Origin: Laetmonice hystrix
Lineage: Eukaryota
Direction of reading: 5' to 3'
DNA length: 64,000 nt
Assembly (NCBI GenBank): GCA_965235115.1
Contig: OZ249436.1
Coordinates: forward strand, 11,968,001-12,032,000
Positions 12,821 through 26,435 of the stretch are shown piece after piece (positions within the stretch are counted from its first letter, which is position 1; each line of letters starts with the position of its first letter). The position numbers and the translations under genes were made by a program. The notes beneath the pieces are model-generated. The model saw only the letters and a program-made list of their open reading frames with translations, ran no database searches and was not told where the DNA came from.

Positions 12821-15800
12821 AAAGCCTCCTGCTCCGAGGATACCAACAAATGGGAACGCCACGCTTCCCAGTGATTGGCCACTCAGTGGATGAAGACCAT
12901 GCCGTTTTTATCAGCTCCTCAGTCTCGGAAACCAGCTCAGACCTTTAGAGCTGGCAGAGAGGGACGTGGTCTGAAAGTAAAGAGGTAAACGAATTGGTCA
13001 CCAGCCTGTAGGTTAGAAGGTGCGGTAATTTGTCACTGCCCAGACAGTTGGGATCTTCATTGAATGGGTCATTATCACCTGAGATACCGCCTTGTTTAAG
13101 AGTCGTAACTGACAATTCCCCATTTGAAGAATGCCATTGGATGGCCCTTTGATGTTCTTCACTGAGTATTTTTACAAAGCACGACGTGAAAGCTGGGATT
13201 AATGATAACATTTCTCCTGAAGACACAGTGATACTGGATGAATTTCAAGTATTTGGGAGTGTCTTAGTCCATGGACAACCCTTTAAGTTGCTATAGAAAA
13301 TTGCAAAAATTGGACTACAGATCTATAAACTTGAAACTGAAAGTTGGAAAGTGATCTTCAGATATGCTGTCTAATGCTGTCTTATAGTTGAGAGGCGTAA
13401 TAATATTATCATTTGTTTTGGACCTTTACTGAAATTTACGGACCTCTCTGAAACTACCAAAAGAATGACTGTTGAAAGAGAACAAAGATAGTAATTTCAT
13501 CCTATGATTAAAAAATAAGCAGGTACCGTAATTAAAAACGGTGATGGCAGCAAATACACTAAATGTGGGCTTAAATGGTTCTTCAAACTCCCTAGAAAAT
13601 TGAATAAATTGAAATAAATAACAATAAAAATAAAAATAACAAAAAGGCATTCATATAAGTCATGTTTACCTTGATAGCTAATAACAAGGAGGAGGTATGT
13701 AAATTTTCTGTTTTAAGGAAAAGTGGCATCTATATCACAGAGTACCTTGTCTATATCGCAGGACTGATTTATGATATTCAGATAAAATCGCAAACATGAA
13801 AACTGATTGACTGCATCCCCTTGTTTGATGTGCGTTTCAGGTGCCTTTGTCCTCTCATCATTTGTTTGAAGGGTATTGTGGATACGATCTACATCCACAT
13901 GAAAGACTTTCATATCTGATCCTCCAAAATTTCTCAAAGATTCGCAGAATAGCCAAAGAGCCATCCACACAAGAGTTCTAAGCTGGAACTGGTAGTTGAA
14001 GAAGCGTTCAGCAGTACGCAGGAAACTGATATGCCAGCAGCCTCTTTCCATTTGATTTCTTGTCTTGTCACCAGGGATTAAAGCACATTGATTTCCCGCT
14101 TGCAGTGCTGAAGACATGGTTCTCCCGGCACTGGTACAGACTGGGCCAAGTTAATCTTGTGAACTAAAAGAAGTAGTGATGTACTTCTTGGCGCTGGATG
14201 TTTCTCTTTTATCCTGGTTTGTTGCTAAGGATCCCGGCTGCAGGGACAGGCCTAACTCATGAATGCTGACACCTCTAATTTTTGTGGTAATTTGCAAAGA
14301 CTTTCCATCACGAGTTCACGTATAAGCATATGGACAACATGCACTTGAAGACGATTGCGTCTCTATCGCATTATATTCAGCCCCAACGGACAGCAGTAGG
14401 AATCAGATGCAGGCAGTAAAGTGCCGTTTTCATCCTCAATACACGTTTATGATCACGGCCGTCGGAGAAAACGGATGAAAGCACAATAAATGGCGTATTT
14501 CACCAGATACACGGGGCAGTTAGAGTTCATCCCTAAAAGGTATCCCCAACTTAATTTACATCGACTTGCTGTTTGACCCTTCACATGCATTTAGAAGGAT
14601 ATTCTGAGTTGGGGGGAGACCAACTCCAATGGCCTCACTGGGGGCTAGGTCGGGCCACTATTTATTTTTAGAAACATACCGAATCAGAATTTAATTATTG
14701 TTAACCTTAGGAAAAATTCTGATGACAACCTTCATTTTTGCTGATAGATAGGAGAGGGGTTTGAAGTCTTTACCACTCTTTGATTGATACGCTATAACCG
14801 CGAACCTCCAAGTATCATTGGGGCTTGCCACTCCTTAATAGTATTATATCATGCGAGGCAATCACTGCAGTTGAAATGAACGAGGGTCATAATTTTGATG
14901 GATTATCTCGGCGTTACCGTTGCCTAGCTGCACTGGCCCTCAAACGGCTGAGAGCGGAGGCACCATGGAGGCCCACAGCTATTACAAGGAGATGCTCGAA
15001 TTGTTTATACCAACCTGCATTCAGTTTCAGTTGTGCTGAAGAGGATTGAAAAACAATTGCGGCGTAATAGAGACGGTGATTACGGTTTGTCATGACACGT
15101 GGCTGTCTCCCGCCTGAAGTGCTCGTGTAACCCGAAGGAGCTCCCAACAATCATACAATGTCTCTCTCTCACTGGGCGTCAGGAAAACATTTCAATGCTC
15201 CGTTAATTACGTTCTCAATTATAATGTGGTACTCAATTCTTTTTTTTTTCTTTCTCTTTATTTTTTATTTTTTTTTTTGGGGGGGGGGGGGGCTGTCATG
15301 CCGAGAAAATGTCCAATGAGTTGCCAGGGGATAAAAAAGATGAATTTTGAAAAGCCACCATGTAATTTTAGGATTATGATGATCTCGAGAAAATGTGCGC
15401 TTAATGATATGTTGTTCGTTTACAATGTATGCCCTCATGGAAGACGAAACACTTCGTTTTTAAGGCAAAGGCTCGTTCATTTGTATACGAGATGACTTCA
15501 CCCTGACACTTCACAGATTTGGTTCAGTCAGCGTCTCCCAGTAAGTAGACATGGGATCTGACGCATATGATTGCTCATTTTCTCCGGGGTGATCATGACG
15601 AGGTAAACGAGTGGCCCCTCGTGCAGGAGGCCAGGTTAGCGGTTAACTGGGTTCGTGTCATACTAATATGTTTGCCGGATGCTGACGGCGGCTCCTCAAA
15701 CTGGTCGTCTGCTGCTGTGGCCAGTACGTGAGATCGTTAGGCAGTCATTTATTTCTACTGCTCAAAGTATAAGTCCAACTTGTGACCTGCAATGTTTGTT

Positions 15801-15918
15801 TTGTTTAGGGCGGGAGGGGGGGGGGGTGAGTGGAGGCTTCAAGGGGTTCATATATCCGTGATATTTGAAAAATTATTGTTTCGCCAAAGTATGGGAGACA
15901 TATTACACTGGCATTTAA

Positions 15919-16383
15919 AGCAAACCCTGCATGACTATCTCTTATTTCAATGACTCCAAAATGCGGACATGGGCTGTTAGGTTAGGTAAGGCGTAGACTG
16001 CAAAAATCAGTAAATGTACACCCACAGTGTACCTTGAAATTCAGCATTCCAGTTGCCAGTATGAAGCGATCGTCTTATGGCTGGTTATTGACAAAATAGT
16101 TGACCTGCCATTGACTTGAACAGCCAATGAAATTTATCAGGCAACAAACCTATGAATTTCATTGGCTGTTCAAGTCAATCCAGGTCAACAACCAGCCATA
16201 AGACGATCGCTTCATGGCAACAACAGGCAACTAGGCCCCAGAATGTTGAATTTTATCAGATTTCTCAATTTCTGTGGGTATACATAGGCCTATATTGATT
16301 TATGTAGCATAAGGTGTTATCTAACCTAACAGCCCATGTCTGCATTTTTGAGTCACTGAAATAAGAGGTAGCCGGTGTTTGCT
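15919..16383. mobile_element. Palindromic MITE, Kolobok-like (TTAA TSD, purine-purine termini)
   Basis: TTAA|AGCAAAC ... GTTTGCT|TTAA; inverted arms run almost to the centre near 16145. Confidence 0.8.
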
Positions 16384-16754
16384 TTAAGACTCCCTCTGGT
16401 CGAGTATTGAGTTGCATGTGACTATATCTCATTTCCATACGTTATCCGTATTAGCTTGTAGTTTGCATTAATGAGATGCATGCCTGTGAAGGTTATGATA
16501 CCTGTTCAATATTCATTCAGTAGATTGGTAATTATGGGCATACATCAGCTGTGTAGATCCAGAAATTAACATTTTTATCACTAATATATGATTTGCCTTG
16601 CGTAGCGACCTGGGTGAACGCAGATTGAACGGTAGAAGTAGATTTTTGGTGAGACTGTGAGAAAAGCGGGACAGGAATCGGCCAGTCGTATGGCCTTTAT
16701 TTAGAACGGTGCTTGTGCTGCACGGTCAAAGTTGAACTGTCAACTCGATAGTGG

Positions 16755-17021
16755 CAGGCACGTGTCCAGGATTTTCAGCAGGGGGGGGGGGGGGGTCTCA
16801 GAATTTTTTTTAAATTAGAAGCTCTGAAACGCGATTCCCCGCCATTTTAGGGCATTATATTTTGTAGATTCATCACTCAACAGGTTCAAAACGGCGGAAA
16901 TGCTTAGAAAAAATTGCTGAACGGGTTCAAAACGGCGGGAATGCTTAGAAAAAATCTATGCTCTGGGGGAGCAGGGGGTCCGGACCCCCTGGACCCCCCC
17001 CCCCCCCTGGACACGCGCCTG
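16755..17021. mobile_element. hAT-like MITE with 5-bp TSD and poly-G/poly-C subterminal tracts
   Basis: TIR caggcacgtgtccagg / cctggacacgcgcctg; AGTGG on both flanks. Confidence 0.82.
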
Positions 17022-17655
17022 AGTGGAGTGTAGCGCCCAAAATGATCTCGAGGAAGTTTATTTAAAAAGGCTAGGCTAATTGTTGAACGAAATAGATCAT
17101 CAGTGTTTAAGAAAGGGTGAACCGGTCGCAGCCAACATTTTGTTGTGGTTGAGTATATGGGGGTTGGCCGGGGACATCGGTTCTGGGAGGCCTGCGGCTG
17201 TTGTCGTCAAGTGGGCGGTGCTCCCGGCAGAATGTTATTTCAGACCCACTCAATAAGAACCGAAGTATTTGCCGCAGTCAGTGCTCGAGTCGAGCCGAAA
17301 TCTTGTTAACCCTACCGTGATGTACCATAGTTCAGTGCCGAACCTTCCTCACCAACTGTTCGGGGTCGGATGTCGTGAAGGGCCCGTGGGACGTAGGTAG
17401 TACCGGAAGAATAAATCTATACTTTCATTCTGTGGTCAATATCTTGTCAGTTGCGTTGATAGGCAGTGTTAACTCTCACCAGAATCCGGTATAATATACT
17501 TTGAACATTGTATCACGGTGACATTTGAGAATATTTATTATGATCTAAGTCACAAGCTAGATATGGATGGCCCAAAGAACCCTAATTATCAATCTTGAGA
17601 ATGATATTAACACCATATTTAGCGTCAGGTTCGTATAGTTTGGTTTCTAAGTACT

Positions 17656-17828
17656 CAGGGCCGTGCCCAGAGATTGGTGCAGGGGGGTTATTGGTGGGGG
17701 GGGGGGGGGGGTTACAGTGGACGGATCCAAGTATTAGTTGGGACCTAAAAGGCCTAAAAAAGAAATTTTTGGCACCTAAGGGGGGTTACAGACACCCAAA
17801 CCCCCGCCCCCTCCTGGGCACGGCCCTG
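17656..17828. mobile_element. hAT-like MITE with 5-bp TSD
   Basis: TIR cagggccgtgcccag / ctgggcacggccctg; flanks GTACT/GCACT. Confidence 0.78.
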
Positions 17829-18818
17829 GCACTGGTCATTGGTCTGTAAGCCAACTTCCCATACAGAAGGAATCTGAAAGTCAAGAAAATCGACAGAAGC
17901 ATGGAAGTCTAAGTATGAGAGTTTAAAACACCTCCGTAAAGAAGTGACAAATATGCTGGAAAGGGGATGATAATGGTTTTACGTGCGGTCAGCCGCTCCT
18001 GGTGTAGCAGTATTGGCCGGCTCTAGTGAGAGGATATAATCTGGTGATAGTGACCAGCCGGCACAGAATGGATGATGGGGATGGGCACGACAAGGCTGAA
18101 AGACACAGATCACAAAGACCTCAGTACACGCCATCCCTAGGATATACTGGGCCTTTTCTATCACACAGGCCGACAAAGCCTGCCGGTGTGCGAGTGATGG
18201 ATCGATTCGAAGTGGGCGAGCTATTATATTATACAGGCCAACCTGTTACGATTTTACCACGGGACATCTGGCATTGTTAAACGTAGGATGGGGTGTTTCA
18301 TCATTCCCATTGAAAAATACAAGGGAAACCTCGCGAAAGGAACACTATAGACTCTATGAACCACGTCCACTGCCATGTCAGGCGTCATCCACGACATCAT
18401 TGATTACCATCGCTGTCGGTGATTCTCGGTTCAATAGCAGGTCCCCTGAGCTGGCTACACGCTGGTAATATAGCTGTATTGCTGTAATTTCAACCTCATC
18501 TTAGCTGGTCTCTCCAAGGACTCTTAATTAAGGGATACGTGAAACTGGTATGGACGTCTCCGATATTGAGGTTAATAGACCTCTAGTCTACCAATAGAGG
18601 GTGTTGGATGAACAGGTTCCGGGGATTGTATTATGTTGTAGTTTGAATGGGTAGAAAGAGTGGGATATTCTTAGAGGATTGGTAAAGGAATGGTTACCGC
18701 CACCGCCTGCTGTATAAACTATGATAAACTATGATAAGAACAACTCAGGAACGGATCATGAAAATTTAGGTTTATCTCCGGGCCCTTTACACAACGATGC
18801 GCGACGTTTGGTGCATTA

Positions 18819-19210
18819 TCGTCCATATTAAAGGGTGACCCAGCAAAATTCAGGATGAAATATTTCATGATTTATTACATCATAAATTTTGGCGAGCAAA
18901 GTGAGTACTAATGTCGTAAACGAACGCTCCTATGTGGTAAATGTGTAGAAAAGGGTTGAAATTTATAGTAGTTAGAAGTACTATGTAAAGTCCCATCCTG
19001 AATGTTGCTGGGTCACCCCATGTGTGAAAGGTTTGTCAGTCAGTTCCTTCCCGAAGGTCGGTGGTTTCCTCCGGGCACTCCGGTTTCCTCCACCAAGAAA
19101 AATTAACTTTCATCGTCATCATCATCTTCACCGCCGTGATATGACCCTGGCTGTTGCAAGGCGTAAAACCCCAAATACCCCCCCCCCCCGGTCACCCTTT
19201 ATATGTCGAT
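18819..19210. mobile_element. Foldback/MITE interrupted in its right arm by a SINE fragment
   Basis: gggtgacccagcaaaattcaggatg / catcctgaatgttgctgggtcaccc; arm resumes at 19190 (ggtcaccctttatatgtcgat). Confidence 0.7.
19019..19189 (+). mobile_element. 5'-truncated SINE (V-domain-like core plus Meta-domain-like 3' part)
   Basis: ggtttcctccgggcactccggtttcctccacc core and gatatgaccctggctgttgcaaggcgtaaaacccc 3' motif (family assignment from recall); 8-bp TSD GGTCACCC. Confidence 0.7.
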
Positions 19211-21346
19211 ATGATCATGCTAATTCATGGCCCGAAAAACTCACTTTTATGTAAGAGATAAAACTGGTCATTGACCTTGAAGTGAAGAACGAAAGGGTAT
19301 AGGCAATGTTAGTTTGAATTAACACTTGAATGGCGTCAAGCCCGTTATATTTGGAACGCCAATGCCAGTCAGACTCTGATCAAGAGACTCAAAGTCATTT
19401 GATTTCAGCACAAACCATTAGAAATTGCTTGCACAGGATGACAACATACCAAACTTTAAAGTTGAAGGTTTCAGTTTGTTTCCCCGCGAAGACCCCCAGC
19501 TTTGACGTTCAATAATATCTCATATCAAGCCACTGCTGTTATGTGTGACTGACCGGACAGACTAACCTTGTCCAATGCAATATGAGCCAGGAAGGGCATT
19601 AGGGGCGATAGGAGGAAGGCATCACGGCATTAGTGGCCGCCGATTTTATACGTTGAGGGCCAGCAGGATGAGAGATGAAAAGGGCATCAACGGCCATGGC
19701 CCCGGTCGTGATTTAAAGCAAGGCCGGCCATTATCCGCGACTATACTTTATTAAAGGTCTGACATCTGAATTATTAAACGAAATGTATTAAGTGTTCAGT
19801 AACAGGCTAATGTATTATTACACATCATGTTATTGTTTCTGGAGATGGGATAACTTCCAGCCTGAGTACCGTGTGAAAAATCGCGTGATTTTTTTTTATT
19901 CTTTTTTTATCTAACTGAATATATAGGATGGATATGTCCATGGGCCGGGATTGAAAAGGGTGAGGTTATCCCTCCCTGCCTCCAACGTTTTGAAGCATTG
20001 CAGTACTGGGGGTATATGTCGCAAATGGAAAAAATACTTTGACTATTGCATAGCGTCAAAGGAAACTCCTTCATTGAAACGTTTGGGAAAGACGATGGAC
20101 AAAATTGTGAGGACCTACTCCTTAGCTGGAAAAGGAAAGCGTTTAAAATCGGACACGATGCAGTTAGAAATTCCTGCAACCCCCAGTCGACACGAGTGCC
20201 CCCTGTTGGTTTGAAGAGGTATCAGTGCGTTGTGCTGGCAATGAGGAACCTGTCACAACCAGCCGTCAGTCGGGGCCCGATCATCGCCAATGGTCGTTTA
20301 TCATTCAGGCTTATCTGGCCAGCTGTCTGCCGCCGGCAATGTTGGCTGGTACAGCGCGGCAGATGCGGAGTGTCGCGGGAGGTGTAACGATGAGGTTTAT
20401 AGAAATAATATGCTCCTGTATCGGGCCGTCCATTCTGGCTGCAGGGGGGCTCTGCCTCCCGAGTCGCCGCCAGAAACACCTATACGTCTCATCTGTACAT
20501 TGCCCTATTCGGAGATCGTAGTAACACAAGCTTATTGCACCACACACGCAATCGCATATTGTATACTTCATAGAATATCGGGAATTTAATAGGTGAGGGA
20601 TCCTTTAATCTTCAAGTTTGACCCCGTTTCTGTCACACAATGATAGTATGGTTTCAGAAATATTTTATAATAGCTATCCCAACAAAATTGTGAGCAGTAT
20701 AAACTTTAAAAAAATGTCGCTCGTTGATTAATTCTCCAGGTCGATTAGACCTACAACTTACAAGGGAAAGATGACGCTAGCAGCCGTCTGCACATGTTCA
20801 AGAGGAAAATATTTCTCAATAATTTTCGGGGAGATGTACTTTAAGACTGAATCATTCTTATTTCTCGATACGGCTTCACAGCCTGCCGTTGTCCTTTTCC
20901 ATTGCAGGGCATAAACTCCGGACAAAGCGGATCTGTGTCATTGTCTGCAGGGTTCAGTGGTAATCCCAGGGATTAGTACGTGTATACAGTAAGGAGTGGG
21001 GCAATGATCGACCTTCATTATGGCCCACACTAAGGACGGCACACTCATCCACTTAGATTGGCGCAGTCTGTCGCTCTAATTCACCAAGACATTCTCAAGT
21101 CCACAAGTCGGTCTCATTGAAATGCCCAATCAAAAGGACCCATAGTATACGCACATCTTTGTTACTTGTGAATTAGTGGTCTACGAAAAGATATTTGTAA
21201 TATCAAATGTCGGAACCCACTCGCCAGTGATGCAGAGGGTGGTATAACAATGATAAGAGTGGTGTTCAGTTCCTCCTTTTATGAAAAGGCCTAAAGGGTT
21301 TTTGCCTAATAGCTAATGTAAATTTTATGCCCATTTTCGTTTCTAA

Positions 21347-21853
21347 GGCTGAGTTCACATAGGAGTATACGGCACGGGTATACGGTGCACGTTTTGCAGG
21401 GCACGCGAATAGCTTAAATCGTACAATAGGATCTTATAATACCGGTTCACATCAAAGGGCACTATTCGAAAAGGCCGTATAGCTGCGTATAGTATAGTAT
21501 AGTATAGTTCTTTTTCAGATCTAAGGGCCAATATAGGGGTATTGGCTCTGAAAATTTCAAAGAAATCTGTTTAAGGGAAGGGGCAGGGGGGGCACCTTTC
21601 AATTCATGTCGGGAATTAAGACACTGGCAGGCGGCTTGTATATCTCAGTCTGGGGTGCCTGTGTTTAAAAGTTCAGCCTCATGCAATTCTTTGTATTTTT
21701 TAACCAGATTTTTAGATCTATGGGCAGATATGTAGGGGAATTGGTACGTGTGCTACCGTTTTATGTGACTCGCTGTGCCGGTATAGCGTATAGAGAATAC
21801 CGAATAGCGCTTAGTGAATACTGTATACCGTATACTCCTATGTGAACTCAGCC
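21347..21853. mobile_element. PIF/Harbinger-like MITE
   Basis: TIR ggctgagttcacataggagtatacgg / ccgtatactcctatgtgaactcagcc; TAA TSD. Confidence 0.88.
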
Positions 21854-23573
21854 TAAAGATCCATAATCAAGTGGCAGACGGGTGTAGAGTTGTGCTAAAA
21901 CAGGCTTTATCTAAATCCCAGACAACACACCCCGAAACAATATGTTTCGTGTGTCGTCAGAAAAATCGCTTTGACCGACATCAACCGGTTTTAAATGTTC
22001 ACACTTTGTCCGACCGAGACTGGGTAGATCGAGGTTCTGTCGAGAGGTTGACCTGGAAGGTCGTCGGTTGACATCTGCCGTGGTGATTGGCTGAGCGGGA
22101 CGTGCACTCCCGACTCGTGTCGAGCCCCGTCGTCAGGCGCTGTCAGTGGGCCGGTCAACCAGTGATCGGATTAGTGAAGGCAGCCCCGGGCCGACTGGGC
22201 TGTTTTGGTGTTGGCTTGAGTTACGTCAAATAACAGAGGGACATTTATTTTTGTAGGTTCGATCTGTCCCAGAATTAGCCCAGCCACCCCCTTTTCAGCT
22301 GACAGATGGTGATGAAATATATGTCGTCTTAACTAATCTTGTTAAAATGTCGAGTCTCCAGTCTCCAATAAACGGCTCTATCATACCCAACCAGGCCTTG
22401 ACTACTAAGATTACAATTCACATGGTAAACGGGTTTGATATAATTCATTACTTAATGTCCTATATGGATAAGCAAGGAGATTATATTTAATATGCAGAGC
22501 TTTTCACATGATAAACACGGGTAATTTGAAGTATGCTAGCCTAATGTAACACTACCCATAATTAGATGTAGAATGGACAAACTGTACTATATATTCTCAT
22601 ATATTGCACAGACTAAACGTTTGATAACAACCATGCCATGTAATTAGCACCAAACATGGCTAATTACAAAATTACCCCATGCTTTACAAACCGTATGACC
22701 ATTAAGCTGATCGTAACAAATTGGAAGTTCTTGCGATGAAAAGCCAAAGCCAACCTCAGGATTACATTAATTGATTACGTGGCATGCATCACGACTGAAC
22801 ATTTAATATTAAAGCATCCATTATTTGGTGTTTATCTCTTGGTATGTTTTCTGAAAAACAAAAACTACCCTGGTAGGTCTGACATACTAAATTCTCATTT
22901 TTAATTTACATAGATTTCAGGTTGACTCATTGTTAATGTTTAGAACATTAAATTCAACACTAATTGCATATCCCTATTTTACTCTGCAAATAATTTTGAT
23001 CATAATTGTAAACATTGTATGTTCTAGTTTTAGTGTAAAGTGCGGTTTAGATCCGGGACTTGAATTGCACTTATATTAATTGAATGGCGCATAGGAAATT
23101 AAATACGTTTCCCAGAACCTCCCTTGGTGATATTACGAGCTATGTAACTACTGGCGCCGTACATCTATTACGCAAAATTGCCAAATCGCAATCAACCACG
23201 TCACAGGAAATGCCAATACCTGACTGTATGTTGAAAAAAATGCCGAACTTGGCCTAAGATCTCGTGTGCATTAAAGATATGTACCATAGAAAGTATACGT
23301 ACTATGAAGGGAGCCTAGCCAGGTGTGGACCACCTACCGCCACAGTCTCGGTGCCCCCAGCTGTCCGCCCGCCTGCCTCGCTCGATTTCTCAATGTCAAG
23401 TACCCGGTAGTTGGGGAATTAAATGGTCAGGAAAACACCTGCCATGGGCGACGGCCTGTCAACGGGAACATGAAGAGGGAGGAAGGGAAATATGACTGGT
23501 ACCTACCGGGGTACTTAAAGTCACTTGATAACTTCAATCATAGGGAGGGAAAAATGGTCTTCAATCTGAATAA

Positions 23574-24056
23574 AGCTGCTTTCACACTGCACCCGAATTC
23601 ATTTAATCGGGTTTCCGAAACCGTTCTACCCTCCAAAAATGCTTTGTGTTCACACTGCAAGCGTGCCGAATACCGTTTTAGACGAAGCGTATCGAGGCGC
23701 ATGAAATGGGTAGTTTCGATACCGGTTCCATAAAAACAGTTTCCCGTGAAACGGTTTTAGTAGGCCGCCCTATATTGTGAACATGAGAAGAGTATCGAAA
23801 ACCGTATGCACTGAATATTATGGGATAGCGTGTCTGTGTCATGCGCAGAACCTGGACATGTGCTGGTAAACCCGTTTCCGAAACCGCTTCAGAAATCACT
23901 GTAGTGTGAGCACGGTACCCGTCTCGACAACGGTTCTCGAAACCTGTGAGAAAACCCTTACTTCTGTACAGTGTGAATGCGTAGCGTTTCGAAAACCGTA
24001 TTCTTAAAACAGTTGTAGAAAATGGTTTTCGGAACCTCCGTAGTGTGAAAGCGGCT
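23574..24056. mobile_element. PIF/Harbinger-like MITE
   Basis: TIR agctgctttcacact / agtgtgaaagcggct; TAA TSD; internal GAAACCG repeats. Confidence 0.85.
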
Positions 24057-24434
24057 TAATACAAGAAAATATATTATACAGTAAACTCTTTCTGACGACT
24101 GTATCGCCAATATGACAGCACAAAAGGCTCAACATTTTACAACCAGGGAATCGGGCATCTGCACCCACGTGAATCAGTTCTGGGGTAATTGAAATCTGCC
24201 CAAGAAAGGTGCCAAGACTGCCAGTGCATGAACCATGCGACACCCTTCACCTCTCATGCTTGGACCCCTCTGTCCTGACAACCGTCTTTGACATGCCCTG
24301 ACCTTAGTTGTGTCAGATAAGTCCAAGAAGTATTTGCCTGGTTGTATGTAAGAGCTCTGATCGTGCCTTTATCCTGATTCCCTCTCCATCTCAGTCGAAC
24401 CCCGCGATCACCTAATCCTCTGTTCTCCTTCCAG

Positions 24435-24709
24435 ATGCTGCAAGCTGTGCCATCGTGAAGTTCCTGGAGATTGAGTCGACCGAAGAGTCCAGTAGTGGGT
24501 GGATGCTCCTCAGTACCATCAACCTGTTGTCCACAGGGGCAGACAGCCTCATCGACTGTATGACGGCAGCATCCCTGCCTTCAACCCTAGTCAAGTGTCT
24601 CTACCTCTTCTTTGATCTGCCAGACGTGGAGGATGGAGACAAGCTGGAAACGGGCAGCGAGTTCACGCCCAAAGAACGCAGGGTGCTCCTTCAGAAGGTC
24701 TTTGTACAG
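24435..24709 (+). CDS. WDFY3: WDFY3 exon 3 (DAASCAIVKFLEI...QKVFVQ)
   Basis: ttccag| ... CAG|gtcagt; phase 1->0. Confidence 0.93.
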
Positions 24710-25013
24710 GTCAGTGTAAGCCTAGCAACGACCAACTTGGCCACACTGCTGAAGGTCCTTGGGTAAAGGTCCTTATAGAAGATTCTCAATATATTATGAA
24801 GAAAGATGTACTTTTGTAAAGTTTTTGAACAGATATTATTTATGAAGCTGGCGAACTGAACCTGTGATATACCAGCTTCAGTCTCTTCTTTTGAATTTTA
24901 AGTTTGGATCAATCGGGATCAGTCACGTTCAGGGTAACAGTAATATTGTATTGGGTGTATAACGAACGCTTCCATTTCACGGTATCCTCACCAAGTGTTG
25001 TTGTTGGATACAG

Positions 25014-25206
25014 GTGCTGGTTCGTCTGTGCAGCCACGTGTCCCCAGCTGAGGAGCTGGCAAGGAAGGATGACCTCACCCTTCTCTTCTCTGCCATCACA
25101 AGCTGGTGTCCGCCGCACAACGTGCCCTGGCGAAAGAGTGCCGCCGAGGTACTCATGACACTCTCCCGCCACGGCCTTACCCCCAACGTCGTCACCTACA
25201 TACATA
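25014..25206 (+). CDS. WDFY3: WDFY3 exon 4 (VLVRLCSH...VTYIH)
   Basis: atacag| ... A|gtacgt; phase 0->1. Confidence 0.92.
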
Positions 25207-25518
25207 GTACGTACTATAGATCCCGCCACGCGATACTCTCTTAAAGTTTGCCCAATCCTTTGATAATGGTTGGATGGGCAGCATATTAAGCTAAAATGTT
25301 TAAGCCCGCTAGATTGTAAAACGGTCAAAGAATGCAAATTGGAAAGGAGTAAGATTTTTTCCTACTCAGTGACTGACTGACTGACTGATATTACATTTTT
25401 TGAATTGATAGATTCGTCCAGAATGTGTCTCAAGTGTTTCATATTGTGTACCAGGATATAGGTGAATACAGTGAAGACGAGTTATTCATACAGAAACACT
25501 TTGATTTTTACCTGACAG

Positions 25519-25705
25519 AGAAAGGCTGTACGGCATTGTGTATTGACAACATGCAGAGGGTACAAGAGTTGTCGCCCATTGAGCTGGTTGAGATGTTCGT
25601 CACAGTGTTCTGCTTCCTCAAAGACTCGAGTGAGGTATCACAGCTACTCCTCGATGACTTCCGAACATGTCAGGGGTACATCTTCCTCTCAGAGTTCCTA
25701 CTAAG
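25519..25705 (+). CDS. WDFY3: WDFY3 exon 5 (KGCTALC...LSEFLLR)
   Basis: tgacag| ... AG|gtaagc; phase 1->2. Confidence 0.92.
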
Positions 25706-25751
25706 GTAAGCAGTATGTGGCCGGTTGGGCTAGTCCCAATTATAACAATTA

Positions 25752-26155
25752 TAGGGGGTTTAAGTCTCGTGACCTGGATATGCAAATGACGTTAAATAGC
25801 CTCAAACCAGCTCCCGGTAACGCCGAAAGTGCGCCAAGTGATTGTGACGTCAACAAATTTCCCATAGGATTAACATTGACAGGGCCGACAGGTTCACAAA
25901 AAACAGCCTGTATATTCACAATCTAACTTTCTAAACTATAAAACAAACTTTATCATAGAGTAAACATCCCGGTAATCATGTATTGTAACGCTCAAGATTA
26001 ACAGCGACTTGGCTGCAGAATGAAAATACATGTATTTCAAAGTTGACTGTCACTGTTCCCTATGGCCATCGCAATGTTAAACCAGCGAGGCTATTTGCTC
26101 CTTGTCCCGCTAACGCGAAATCTCTTGAATTCTCGTGGCATACTTAAACGCCCTA
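25752..26155. mobile_element. MITE with short TIRs
   Basis: tagggggtttaagt / acttaaacgcccta, TA on both flanks. Confidence 0.55.
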
Positions 26156-26268
26156 TAACATGCAGTGTATGATTTGTGAATTAAATTGAACATGTTAGAA
26201 CACAGCGGTGAGAGCTCTCTTTGAACATATTGTGTGGTGATTAGATATTGATACAGTGATGTTAACAG

Positions 26269-26435
26269 GATGGAGACAGATGACAACGAGGAATCGGTTC
26301 AAGCACTGCGTAACCTGGTGCTGCTCGTAGGATCGTTGACAACATGTGGATTCATCGAGCTCAAACCTGCAACCACCAGCTCCGGATCTCTCTTCCAGAT
26401 GCCTGGATTCTCTGTACCACAACCTACAGGAAAAG
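26269..26435 (+). CDS. WDFY3: WDFY3 exon 6 (METDDNEE...PQPTGK)
   Basis: taacag| ... G|gtaaga; phase 2->1. Confidence 0.92.

Noticed and set aside
12495..12948. Pro/Gly-rich ORFs
   Set aside because: Produced by (CCAC)n and poly-C tracts.
19907..20589. Cluster of overlapping 85-113 aa ORFs
   Set aside because: GC-rich patch with no recognisable protein or consistent splice signals.
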